From Octopus sinensis (lineage: Eukaryota): a stretch of 64,000 nt of DNA. This document shows positions 36,481 to 49,090 of the stretch, in pieces; position 1 is the first letter of the stretch; every line of letters begins with the position of its first letter. Both the position numbers and the translations under genes were made by a program. The notes beneath the pieces were generated by a model. The model did not search any database. It was not told the DNA's origin and saw only the letters and a list, made by a program, of their open reading frames with translations. The DNA is taken from positions 11,098,001-11,162,000 of the forward strand of contig NC_043003.1 in NCBI RefSeq assembly GCF_006345805.1. Reading direction: 5' to 3'.

Positions 36481-37837
36481 TACCCTTAATTCCCGTTCCT
36501 ATTACTAGTTCTCCAATGAACCATATTGGGGCAGTGCCAACATCTTCAGCAGCTACAGACTGTAGCATGCTCTCTCAATGATCATATAGCCACTAGTGAA
36601 GAAGTCCCTGGATGTCTATGGCAGCATTAATGATCTCAGTTGAACTGATGACTACATTTGTTCCTCTGACCTCACAGATCACATTATAGGTAGCATGAAT
36701 GTACTATTACAATATCCGTCAATTCGTATCGATTATGGTGTAGAAAATTTGTATGGAAATGATTTACAAGAATGGTGTAGTGTTTCACAATGTTGATACT
36801 AATGAGCCAAGCCTTCTCATAAAATTTACATTTGATATTAGATCCTTTTGTTTATGTGATAATGGATACTCAAACAAAACAAACAAATAGAAAAAAGTCT
36901 TGCAGCACTAATCCAGAACAAAGTAGATCCTCAGCTGTGAGAAAAAAAAATCTCACTGAGCACTGGATGTCATAAAAACATAGGTTGTAAAAAGGAGCCC
37001 CATTGCTTCCAAAGGACCACAACCAAATAAGAAGGATGTTGGCACATGTTGTTAGTGCCAGCATAAAAATGACACTATTGGCACATGCTTAAATTTTTAT
37101 TTATCACTATAATCAGGAGAAGAGTGCAACCATTGTAATTGGTATCGCTGGAGATGTAGCTTTCCTCTTCATGAGGAAACGTAGAAGACAAAGAACTAAT
37201 GCCCACCACTTTACAAAAATCCTGTAAAAAATTGATAGACAAAATTACACATGTGTAGTGCCACAGACTTTATGAAGGGGTTATAAAAACAAAAAAGTTA
37301 AGTTTAAAATATAAACTGCATACAAAAGATAGATAATTAGTAAAATTAAAACTAAGATATTACAAAGTTTATCAACACTAAATCCCTCCAAAATGCTTAC
37401 TAGTGCATTTGGTTGCTCTAGTACACAATTTTAGAAATGGTTAAATGAACACAGGTTTGTGGAGCACCCTGACCCAATTTAGCTAGAAAGCTTTCACATT
37501 TTATTTTGTTTAAATTATTGTTTTGTCATAATTTTTATTTATAAATATACAAACGTATGTACTGTTAATTTCTTCATATATCCTTTCATATATTGTATAG
37601 CATCTCTCACCTCTCCTTTTGGTTTTGTAAACTTGTCATTCACTCTTAACTTTTTTTTTAAACACTTAGTGTAAAGTTTTATATTTCTTTGTATCTCTTC
37701 AGGTTTTTAGTGGTTAATAAAGGTCTATTCTTATTATGCTTTGTGACATTTCATCCATCTTTACATTCTGAGTTCAAACACCATTGAGGTTGCTTGTGCC
37801 CTTCCTCCTTTCGGGATCAATAACATAAGTTGAACAT

Positions 37838-38297
37838 TGGGGTAAAATATATGAAGCCCAGTATACCTATCATGACTACCCGTCTGATAAGGGTACACCA
37901 GGCACATGCATCACAACCATATGTGCGCGGCATGGTGATCTCATATTAAGATAAACAGTGCATGACCTTGCAGGTGGGGGCCAGTTAGAATTTTCTTCGG
38001 GTTAAGTAACCCATTCTGCTCAAAAGGTCCTTGAATAAGGGTTACCTAAGGATGTTGAACAAAATACCTATGTTTCCAAAGGTGAATTATCCAAACCTCC
38101 AAGAATTCCTTTCAACACACGACTATGATGCTCCCTCACTACATCTGCTCGTGATCAGAGAGGCACATATTGTCAGCCACTAAGGCACATGGTCAACTGG
38201 TTAAGGTCAAACAACTGACAAACAAATCTGTGGTATTGAGCAGAATATTTGCTGTAGTCAAAGTGACACTGGGGTAAAATATACAAAGCCCAGTATA
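37838..38297 (+). repeat. Unclassified interspersed repeat flanked by an imperfect 27-bp direct repeat
   Basis: TGGGGTAAAATATA(TG/CA)AAGCCCAGTAT at both ends. Confidence 0.55.
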
Positions 38298-38870
38298 TTA
38301 TTATCATTATTATTATTATCATTATTATGATTATTATCATCATTATTATTATTACCATTATTATTAGATGTTTGGCTTTTGCTTTGTATTTCAAGTTAAC
38401 TCCAAGTCTCACTCGGAGACCTCAAGAGACAACAAGTTAGTTCAAGTTGGTGTTATGACTAGGGTGACATATTTTTGGTTTTGCACAGAGTATTGTTCCA
38501 GAGAATGTCTGTCAAAACATAAATAAATTAGAAGTTTGCTTTGAAAATGATTTGACTATAAAATGATAGTCTGATGTTAAGACGACAGTAAAAGGTATTT
38601 ACTATTATGTACTTTTAAAAGTACTTTGACACTGTTTACAGGTTTTACATAGGATATCAGCGGTTCCTATGAGCACTATTTTGTGAATTTCTTCCATTTT
38701 GGGATTTCTTGGTATCTGAGCTAGGTAACAATCAGCCCCTTTTGCTATCATTCCTAGGACACCTATGACAACAGGGACTGCTTTAGTCTTGAGGTTCCAC
38801 ATTTTGCCAATTTCTATTTCAAGATCTTTATACTTGCTCAGTTTTTGGTAGGTCTTCACAGACATTTATG
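38296..38870 (-). mobile_element. 5'-truncated R4/Dong-type LINE with TAA-like tail
   Basis: KTYQKLSKYKDLEIEIGKMWNLKTKAVPVVIGVLGMI...KIVLIGTADIL; degenerate (TTA)n at 38296-38365. Confidence 0.8.
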
Positions 38871-39028
38871 TCGATTGGGACAAGGTGTCATGCAGTGGGG
38901 CTGAACCTGACACCATGAGGTTCAAAACATGACCTTCTCAACCATACAGCCACTCCTTTACCTCTCTACTTCTTCCTTTTTTTTGTCCTCCATTTTTCCC
39001 CCTCCTTTTCAAACAAAAAGCAAATACC

Positions 39029-39068
<40 letters not shown>

Positions 39069-39359
39069 CTACTTTTGCATTTTTTTGTTTATTTCTTTCT
39101 TTATTTTGTTATCTTGTCAATTGAGAATATAACATTTTCAAGAAAAGAATGGATCAGGTGTGTCTAACACACCAAGCTTTGTAAAGTTGATGAGTAACTG
39201 ACCCTATTTGCATTTTTATTTATTTTTTTAACTTATTTATTTATGTATTTGTTATTGAAATTCTGACCTGTTTTTTTCTTTTTACTTTATTTCCTTTGGT
39301 TTCTGATTTTCAATTTTTTCATTTACCTTTTTATTTCTTTTTCTTCTTCTTCTTCTTCA

Positions 39360-39396
39360 CATTAATAACAACAACAGCAATAATAATAATAATGAT

Positions 39397-39463
<67 letters not shown>

Positions 39464-39499
39464 TTAATAATAATAATAATAATAGTAATAATAATAATG

Positions 39500-39547
<48 letters not shown>

Positions 39548-39600
39548 GTGATAATAACAATAATAATAACAATAACAATACAATATTGTTATTGTTGTTA
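39360..39600. repeat. (AAT)n microsatellite
   Basis: Direct reading. Confidence 0.95.
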
Positions 39601-39844
39601 TTATCGTTGATATTTTCATTATTATTTTTATCATTATTATTTTATTTTTATCCATCATCATCATCATCATCATCATTATGCTGTTGCTTCTTTCACTTTA
39701 TTCATTACTCTAGCAAATACTCTCAGGTAACAAATATCCTTAGAGATTTTCTATGCTTTGGTAAGGAATTTCCACCCTGTTACTTGCTCTTCTGTTCACT
39801 GCTATTACTTCAAGTCATAAATACATATGCGCATACATCATTAT

Positions 39845-40230
39845 GATCATCGTTTAACGTCCACTTTCCATGCTAGCATGGGTTGGACGATTTTGACTGA
39901 GGGCTGGCAAACCAGATGGTTGCACCAGGCTCCAGTCTGATCTGGCAGTGTTTCTACAGCTGGATGCCCTTCCTAACGCCAACCACTCCGTGAGTGTAGT
40001 GGGTGCTTTTTACGTGCTACCAGCACAGAAGCCAGTCAAGGTGGCGCTGGCATCGGCCACATACGGATGGTGCTTTTAACATGCCACCGGCACAGGTATC
40101 ACAACTACAATTTCCATTTGATTTTTTTTTTTTTATGTTGATGTACTTGACTCAATAGGTCTCCTGAAGCACAGCAGGCTGTCCTGTGATCCAAGGCACT
40201 TTGGATGGGCTAGGGCTTCTATGTAAAGCT
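39845..40230 (-). mobile_element. RTE-type LINE 3' UTR fragment
   Basis: CATCGTTTAACGTCCACTTTCCATGCTAGCATGGGTTGGACG... Confidence 0.8.
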
Positions 40231-40257
40231 GGTGGAGGAAACAGCCATATATATATA

Positions 40258-40290
40258 CTAGCAATGCATCCCGGCGTTGCCCAGGTGTTA
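40258..40290 (-). mobile_element. Helitron 3' terminus
   Basis: Minus strand CCTGGGCAACGCCGGG hairpin, short spacer, then CTAG followed by T; this matches the Helitron hairpin-CTRR end. Confidence 0.65.
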
Positions 40291-40559
40291 TGACCTACAA
40301 GTACAGTGTATTATTTGCTCCTTTCTTATGGGCAGAATCGGCACAGTTGATATATAGTTAATGGAATAATGGAAGTTATTGCTTGTTTAATAGTGAAGGG
40401 CAAGGGTACAATTTGCATGAAAGCGCTTTCTCTTCTTAAGAAGGATCAGAAACTATGTGTTGTTTCATTGTATAACAGGGGGTTAATACAATTTTGTCCA
40501 GAAATCACATTTTCAACATTTTAATTTCGCTTCATCCCCACTGCAATGTCTTAATTTGT

Positions 40560-40972
40560 AACTTACTCTTTTAGTTGTTTCAGTCATTTGACTGTGGCCA
40601 TGCTGGAGCACCGCCTTTAGTTGAGCAAACTGATCCTGGGATTTACTCTTTGTAAGCCTAGTACTTATTCTATTGGCCTCTTTTGCTGAACCACTAAGTT
40701 ATGGGGACATAAACACACCAACATCAGTTGTCAAGTGATGTTGGGAGGGGGGGAGACAAACACAGACTCACAAAAATATACACACACACACATATATATA
40801 TATACATATATATATATATACATATATATACGATGGGCTTCTTTCAGTTTCCGCCTACTATATCCACTCACAAGGCTTTGGTCGGCCCGAGGTTCAGTCC
40901 CACGCAGTGGGACTGAACCTGGAACCATGTGGTTGGTAAGCAAGCTACTTACCACACAGCCACTCCTATGCC
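40560..40972 (-). mobile_element. SINE family A
   Basis: Reverse family A. Confidence 0.85.
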
Positions 40973-41471
40973 TATAACTTATTCAATTTTTAAAAAACAT
41001 TTTGTTATCTTCATAGAAAAATACAGAGATCATGAATATGGAAAATACATTTTTTATGGTTTAATTTCAAAAAGCCAAAATCTCCCAATTTTTCCCTTTT
41101 GTCTGTTTCCCACATGCATAGAATTCTACTGAAATAGTAGACTTAAAAAATACCACACCACCACCAGAAAACCCAACATGCTAGAAACAACAGGTAAGCA
41201 ACATTATTTCTGAAGAAAATAAAGTTTATTTGACATGTGTAACTGATCTGACTGTTCTGGAAGGCGGTGAGCTGGCAGAATTGTTAGCATGCTGGGTAAA
41301 ATGCTTGAGTGGTATTTTGCCTGTTCAAATGCCGCCAGGGTCAACTTTGCCTTTCATCTTTTCACGGTCGATAAATTAAGTACCAGTGAGATACTGGGGT
41401 TGATGTAATTGATTGGTCCCCTCCCCTGAAATTTCAGGCCTTGTGCCTATGGTAGAAAGGATTTGATTGTT

Positions 41472-41748
41472 CTGGTCTTAACATCAGTTGGTAAGAACAG
41501 AAGTCATTTGACGACACCCTTTTGTTTGTAATTGGCTATTCTGTTGCAGGTTCAATCCAAGGAATATTGAAATAATACCGATCTTGTCCATTCTACAGAA
41601 TAAGATTGCACTGGAGAGCATCATAAGAGGGATGAGTCTCTGAAACATGTTTAAGGTTGTTATCTCAAATACGAATGAGAATATCATGATTTTCATGGGG
41701 ATCACCAACCATAAGGATGGCTGCTTCATTAGATGTGGGCTCATTAAA
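41472..41748 (-). pseudogene. Helitron Rep/helicase N-terminal region fragment
   Basis: Frame not in the ORF track: FNEPTSNEAAILMVGD...HVSETHPSYDALQCNLIL*NGQDRYYFNI...KRVSSNDFCSYQLMLR (3 stops). It resembles the Helitron FNxPTxNEVA...SExHxxYDALQYP...YSYRLMIR region. Confidence 0.78.
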
Positions 41749-43831
41749 ACAGCATAAAATGTCCTTTGCTATAGTTTACACACACAGAGAATTGATAATA
41801 TTGAAAACAGCAAAATGTACAGACACAAAGTTCAAGTGAAACGAAATGTAGTGAATATAGGTGCAAAGCATACTTTCTGTAGCATAGTTATGCTATAAAA
41901 AAATAGAAAGTCACCAATTTAGCAAAAGTTAGTATGCGTCACCAATGTAAAAAAGTACAGAAAGTCAACATTTATTTGGAACATGTACTAAATGTTATAA
42001 AATTCATGATTGAATGAATGTCACGGTGAAGAAAGTGAAAGTCCAAGAAAATTCAGAAGGCATAATTCAATTTCTCATACAAAAATGATTTATCTTACAA
42101 TTTTGAAACAAATGCTGAACCAAGTGTATAAAAAGGAAGATGCTGTTTTTGAACTGTGTAACATTATAGGCTGTAGAATAAATACTGAGTAACACAGTAA
42201 AAAGGTTGTGGGATGTTGATACTCACAGTGATGAAGAGTACAAGGACTGTTAAGAAAACATTATCTTGAAACTGGTCAGAAAGAGTGGAATAACATTTCT
42301 GTAATTGTATTGAAAGAGCTGCTGAGGCTTTCGACTTTGCCATGTTTCTGAATTTGTTACAATGACCAGAATAATATTTTTTTCAGATATAGTTGTGAGT
42401 ATTTGTGAGTTGTGTTAAATCTGGCAAATCTTCATGTTGGTAGTACTTGAAAATGAAAGTAGTTGTTTGTTTGAAGTCCAGGCTACAAGTAAACTTTCAA
42501 TGTTGGCGCGTTTCACTGTTTGGAAGGGGGGAAGTTACATACATGAAGAGACACATACACGTACATTAATGCATACAGGAAGCCTATCTCTGTTACTGTG
42601 TGTGTCTGTCTATGTCTTTAGATGTGTGTGTGTGTGAGTTGTCACAAAAATGTATGTATACCGACAGACAGAAACACTGTCACACACATACTTGTCAGTC
42701 ATTGGCCTAACATACATAACGAATGTGTGAACACATATAGAAAATGTGACATCATCATTGTTGTGGCGGTAGTAGTGGTGGTAAAAGATGTCATTCACAA
42801 TAGGTGACTAAAAGGAAAATGATAATCTTAAATTTTTGTAATGCAAATAAGTGGATGAAAATATATGATCTGGCAGTGTTTCTACAGCTGGATGCCCTTC
42901 TTAATGTCAACCACTCCGAGAGTATGGAAAACAAATGTTGGATGATGATGGTAGTGATGACGACTCACATGGTGGGCTTCCATACAGTTTCTGTCTACCA
43001 AATTCACTCAGAAGGTATTGGTTGTCCACGGTGTCTATTGTTGGAGATACTTGCCTAGGGTGCTACAAAGTGGGACTGAACCTGAAACCGTGAGGTTGTA
43101 AAACAAGTTTCTTCACCACACAGCCATACATGTGCATAACCAACAACAAAAATTTAATTAGGTATAAATACTTTGTCTAAAGGTTGCCACTTGGCAACAA
43201 GGTATATATATTCATTCATCAAGTAAATTAAGCACAGTTAATCTAATGTCCTCTCCACTTTGCACTCTTTGTGAAGTACATTTGTGTCATTCGATCTGCT
43301 TTTTAAGTTTGTTTGCAGTTATTCCTCTGTATTCAATTGTTTCTGGTTTACTTCTTGATGCTACAGTAGTGCTGTGTACTATACATCATTCCAGGCAGTT
43401 TGTACTAAATAAGCATACAACTGGGAAATCACAGTAGCTGTATATTTGTTTTACATTGCTTTGTTATCGATATTTCGCGATGTTTCTATTAATCATGGCA
43501 GTTACTGAATTTGCAATTTCAGCATTGTTAAGTATCTTATTTTGAGTTGAATAATGCTAAATATTATTCTATACTGATGGTCAAGTGGAAAACGTTTCTT
43601 TTCTAGGCGGATAAAGGCTGTGCCTATTTTTGTGCTTACATTAGTGAAAAATAGGGGATTATACCATAGAGTTTTCCTGGTACACTTCCTGTTCTTAGAA
43701 TTAACTTGGCTATTATATTCAATTGATTCTTTAAAACCACTAGCTTGCTTTTAGTGCACTGTTGAATGCATTCATTACCCAGTTGTTTCAATACATACAT
43801 ACATACATACGTACGTATGTACATACATACA

Positions 43832-43921
<90 letters not shown>

Positions 43922-44427
43922 TACATATTGTGTGTGTGTGTTTTTGTACATATATATCTTTCTGTGTGTGTATATATATATATATATATATACACATATG
44001 AAAAGTATGTGTAGGTGATAAGAGATTTGTGTCTATGTATGGGAAAAGAATATGTATATGTGTACATAAATGTATATATATGAAAATATTTGATCATGTA
44101 CAAGTGTATATATATGGATATGTCCATTTGCACAGTATGCAAGTACATATATGTGCATGTGCATTATTTGAGAGTTTACATAAAGCATGCAGCTACTGAT
44201 TCTTACGAAGTCCATATTCTTTTTATTAAGCTCTCGAATAGTAATTAAATAATCTAATTCATTAGTATACTGTTAATAAAAATGGTCTTAATAAGCTGCC
44301 AACAGCAAAGAATTTGAATTGATAGATGTGGCTGATAAATGTTATGCATTGTTTTATTAAATAAACTAAGAGAGTAGTTTTAATAATATTGTAAAGTGCA
44401 CAGCTTTTACTCTGTGTGTGTGTGTGT

Positions 44428-44463
<36 letters not shown>

Positions 44464-45015
44464 ATTTGGGGTAGAGAGAAGAGGAAAGATAATAAGGCTA
44501 GGAAGAGAGAGAGAGAGAGAGGTTGAAAGAGAGAGTGAGAGAGTAATTGTATCTGCTTGAATGTAAGAGAGTGAGCGATTTTTATCTATTTCATGCTATT
44601 TCTGTATATGATGACATACACACACACACACTAACACATATATATACGTGAAGATGTATGTACATACGCATGAACATATGTCTGTCTTATGTGTATATAT
44701 ATATCATATGTACACACACTCAATGTAACTAAATATTTCATATCTCATGTTTCGTTTTGTTATATTTATGTGTGTGTGTGTGTGTGTGTCTGCATATGTG
44801 TGTGTGTACATGTATATGTATGTGTGTGTGTATATATATGTTTGTATACTTGCATATATATATATACATACAACTAAACAGAACGAGAGATTGTTTATAA
44901 AATATTAAGTGACATCATCTTACACATATTTCATTAACAACAAATTATTATTAGGTATATAGAGAATATTTCATAATCAAAATATATTGTCAAGCCTTCA
45001 GAGATATGTAACTTT

Positions 45016-46265
45016 AACACTGACCATTACAGTTGTTGCTATCAGAGGAATGGCAGTCAACAGTTGATTGCACCTCCAATGAGGGCAACTTTGTCATGTA
45101 AGTAAATATCTTACAAAAATAGTATAAGGTAGAGAAGAAATTTCAGTTTTGTCAGAAACCCAGCAACTTCTTTGTGCTGTTGTTATGACAAAATCTACCC
45201 AGCACATCTTGTAAATCACTGGTTGCTGTGCAGCAGTTGTGTGTCTTAATGACCCTGAGAGTTACACCAAGATAGCACGGCTTATGGTAGAGCCTCCTAT
45301 GCTTGACAGATCAAAGAATAGAGACCTGAGCAATATAGACCACCTTTTTCCAGAGTTAAAAATGGGTTTGCATAAGGCCAGCATCCTTAAAATGTACAAA
45401 GCAAAATTTACAGAAGTCAAAACCAAAATCAAATTTGATGACTGGCGTTCATGCTAGCGGGGTGCAAAGAGCACCATACAAGTGTGATCATTGACAGAGC
45501 GGCTAACCGGCTTCAGTGCCAGTGGCACTTAAAAGGCACCATTTGAGTGTGATCATTACCAGCGTTGCCTTACTGGCACTCAAGCCCTGTGCTAGTAGAG
45601 TATTAAGAGTACCATCCGAGCGTGATTGTTGCCAGAGCGGCTATCTGGCCTCCATGCCGGCAGCACGTAAAAGACACCATTTGAGCCTGATCGTTACCAG
45701 CATTGCCTTACTGGCACCTGTGCCGGTGGCATGTGTAAAAGATTCGAGTGAGGTCGTTGCCAGTACCGCTTGACTGGCCTCATGCCGGTGGCACGTAAAA
45801 GCACCCACTATACTCTCGGAGTGGTTGGCATTAGAAAGGGCATCCAGTTGTAGAAACTCTGCCAGATCAAGATTGAAGCCTGGTGCAACCATCTGGTTTG
45901 CCAGCCCTCAGTCATTCGTCCAACCCATGCTAGCATGGAAAGCGGACGTTAAATGATGATGATGATGATGATTGAAGACGGTTCAAGACTAACAAGATCT
46001 GGGAGAGGAAGGTTTTTTCCCCCTAGGAAACATGAGGCAGTGCAGCAAAATGCAGAAGGAACATCCTACATTATACATCAGGGCCTTGATTTGGAAACCC
46101 TAATGCTAGCAAAAGAGGGGATCCCTTATTAATAAATGAAGGTGGGGTATTGAAGCAGAGCTAGAAAAGCAGGAATTGAACTTAGGAGAGAAAAAAACAG
46201 TTCAGAATTGAGAACAGTGGAGAAACATTGTGAAGGGCCCATGCTTCATCAGGAGTGAAGGGTTT
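45016..46265 (+). mobile_element. Degraded LINE-like element interrupted by an RTE 3' UTR (about 45420-45970)
   Basis: 45187-45340 is repeated at 51657-51812. 46170-46265 reads like an RTE end (EQWRNIVKGPCFIRSEG). The inserted tail ends GGACGTTAAATGATGATG. Confidence 0.5.
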
Positions 46266-47004
46266 ACGTGAGTGACACCTTGCAGAGTTGTTGGTAATAT
46301 GGAAGGGCAGTTGTTGGTAATATGGAAGGGCATTCAACTAGAAAAATATGAAGTGATTACAGCATGAAAATTTTGTGAAGGAATATAGTTGATCAGTGAT
46401 ATATATTTGGTTATCAGGAATGAGAAGAAGAAAAGCATGAAAAATCTATGGTAAATCAACATTGTTAATTTATTCTTTCAATAAAAATAAGTCGATTACA
46501 ATGAATGACAGACTGTAAACATGAGTAAAGTCATACAATGTTTCATTGTATAACAAAAGTGTATGAAAAAAATGAAAGCAGAAAAAGAAGGCAATTCAAT
46601 ACAGATAATGATAAAAAAAAAAAAGAAAAAAGAAAGGAAATTGAAGCAATAAGAATGAAATGAGAAAATTTGTGTGAAGTGAAATGGAATTCATCTTCAG
46701 GATCTGGAAAAAGTTAATATGAAGGTAAACATTGGAATATTGGGAGAGTTCAAGTGTTTAAGTGTTCATCAAAAATTGTCTGTGAAGAAATATTTCAAAC
46801 AATAATTTGACATGACACTGTGCGTGAGTGAGTGTGTGTGTGTGTGCAGGAATGTGATTGTGCATATCTATGTGTGTGTGTGTGTGCATGAGTGCATGCT
46901 TGTGTGTGTGTGTGTGTTGTCATAGGTGTGTGTGTATTTCAAAATGTTCTTTTCAGTTTCAAAATCGTTGTGAAGAAAAATCATTACAGTGATAATATGT
47001 ATTT

Positions 47005-47140
47005 AACCCTTTCGTTACTAACCCGGCCATACCCGGCTGAAAAATGTTTTGGTTTATAATACCAACCCGGCCATACCCGGCCACGAGAACCTATTGTTAT
47101 TTAAATGCAAATTTGAACCCAAATCTCGTTGGTACATTCG
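47005..47140 (+). mobile_element. piggyBac-type MITE left end
   Basis: TTAACCCTTTCGTTAC terminus shared with 21485-22206. Confidence 0.55.
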
Positions 47141-47375
47141 TTAAAACATGCGATTTCACTTTATGGCTCTGTGGTTAAGAAGCTTACATTGCAACCACAT
47201 GTTTTTCTGGTTCAGTCCCACTGCATGGCATCTTGGGGCAAGTGACTTCTGCAATAGTCTCAGGAAAGCCAATGCCTTGCAACTGAATCTAGTAACACAG
47301 AAACTGTGTGGATGCCAATTGTTCACATATATATATATATATAAATAGGAAAAAAGCAACAATAATGGATTAAAA

Positions 47376-47463
47376 TCTCGGTACGATCGTTTCGTATGAG
47401 GACATCTTTAATAAGCTGCAAAAAATGCAGTGAATACAGATGGCTCGTACTCGTCAGCCGAAA
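47376..47463 (-). ncRNA. Type I hammerhead ribozyme, left arm of the palindrome (core intact)
   Basis: TTTCGG-CTGACGA-GTACGAG...CTCATAC-GAAA-CGATCG-TA-CCGAGA; one mismatch in stem II. Confidence 0.72.
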
Positions 47464-48000
47464 AAATATCAGAGAATTCCCAAACATCAAAAGGGGTAGA
47501 TATAAAAGAGGTTGTAGGATTAACTGCCTTGAAGAAAGTTCGATTCATGGAGATCCGATGAAAGGTTTTAAACCTATAGAATTTATGCATGTCTACATAT
47601 AGCTCATATTGGATATTTGATCAAGTTGTGTGAAGAAATTTTCGGATACAGTCATGCAAAATTTCTGAAAATCCGAGTAAGAGGCAAAGTGACTGCCACA
47701 CCATGTAGAGGAAAGTCTGAGTAAAAAGTCACTATGTTTTTACTCAGACTTTCCTCTACATGGTGTGGCAGTCACTTTGCCTCTTACTCGGATTTTCAGA
47801 AATTTTGCATGACTGTATCCGAAAATTTCTTCACACAACTTGATCAAATATCCAATATGAGCTATATGTAGACATGCATAAATTCTATAGGTTTAAAACC
47901 TTTCATCGGATCTCCATGAATCGAACTTTCTTCAATGCAGTTAATCCTACAACCTCTTTTATATCTACCCCTTTTGATGTTTGGGAATTCTCTGATATTT

Positions 48001-48088
48001 TTTCGGCTGACGAGTACGAGCCATCTGTATTCACTGCATTTTTTGCAGCTTATTAAAGATGTCCTCGTACAAAACGATCGTACCGAGA
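48001..48088 (+). ncRNA. Type I hammerhead ribozyme, right arm of the palindrome (G12>A)
   Basis: Perfect 7-bp stem II GTACGAG/CTCGTAC, but AAAA in place of GAAA. Confidence 0.62.
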
Positions 48089-48237
48089 TTTTAATCCATT
48101 ATTGTTGCTTTTTTCCTATTTATAATCACCCCACTTGTCGTATGGCTAACACCATATAGATATCCGGTGCATCCTAGTTAAGGACCATATTCATGTGAAT
48201 TCTTTAGAATTCACTAGAATCTCAATTACTTAACTGA

Positions 48238-48269
<32 letters not shown>

Positions 48270-48275
<6 letters not shown>

Positions 48276-49090
48276 TCATCATCATTGTTTAACGTCTGTT
48301 TTCCATGCTGGCATGAGTTGGACGGTTTGACTGAAGACTGGCAAGGTGGGTGGGGGGATGCACCAGGCTCCAGTCTGTCCTGGCAAGGTTTCTACAACTG
48401 GATGCCCTTCCTAATGCCAACAACTCTGAGAGTGTACTCTTGGTGCTTTTTTACATGCCATCACCATGGGGCCAGTCAGGTGGCACTGAATGATGCTTTT
48501 TACATGTCAACATCACAGGAGCCAGTCAGGCAGCACTGGCAGCAACCACATTCAAATGGTGCCTTTTACATTCTACCAGCATGGTGGCATGACATCAGGT
48601 GGTACTGACATCAACCATGCTTGAATGGTGCCTTTCATATGCCACCAGCATGGGTGCCAGTCAGGTGGCACTGGTATTGGCCATGACTATGATTTCACTT
48701 GACTCGACAGGTCTTCTCAAGCACAACATATTGCCTGACGACTGACAGTTACCTTTTAAATGGTCCGGTTTATGCAACACTGGCATCAGCCACAGCTACA
48801 ATCTCACTTGGCTTGCCAGGTCTTCTCAAGCATAGTCTTGGTTGCTTGTCATTGCCTCTGTAAGGCCCAACATTCAAAGGTCATGCTTCACCACCTCATC
48901 CCATGTCTTCCTGGGTCTACCTCTTCCACAAGTTCCCTTCACTCTTAGGGTGTAACCCTTCTTCACAGAGCTGTCCTCATCCATATGCATCACATGACCA
49001 TGCCAGTGCAGTTGTCTCTGTTGCACACCACATCTGATGCTTCTTAAGCCCAACTTTTCTCTCAGGGCACTTACACACTGTTGTGTATAC
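48270..49090 (-). mobile_element. 5'-truncated RTE-type LINE
   Basis: LREKLGLRSIRCGVQQRQLHWHGHVMHMDEDSSVKKG...GTCGRGRPRKTWDEVVKHDL, 3' UTR and (CAT)n tail. Confidence 0.85.

Larger units (their letters stand above)
47340..48124. repeat. 785-bp near-perfect palindrome (388-bp arms, 9-nt spacer)
   Basis: Arms 47340-47727 and 47737-48124 are reverse complements; I see 3 mismatches. Confidence 0.95.

Noticed and set aside
43246-43310. piggyBac C-terminal cysteine-rich domain (CTLCEVHLC)
   Set aside because: Too short, and no adjoining transposase sequence could be read.
47396-48159. Small ORFs within the palindrome as a protein-coding gene
   Set aside because: Mirror-image 60-aa ORFs arise from the inversion, have no recognisable domain, and overlap the ribozyme fold.
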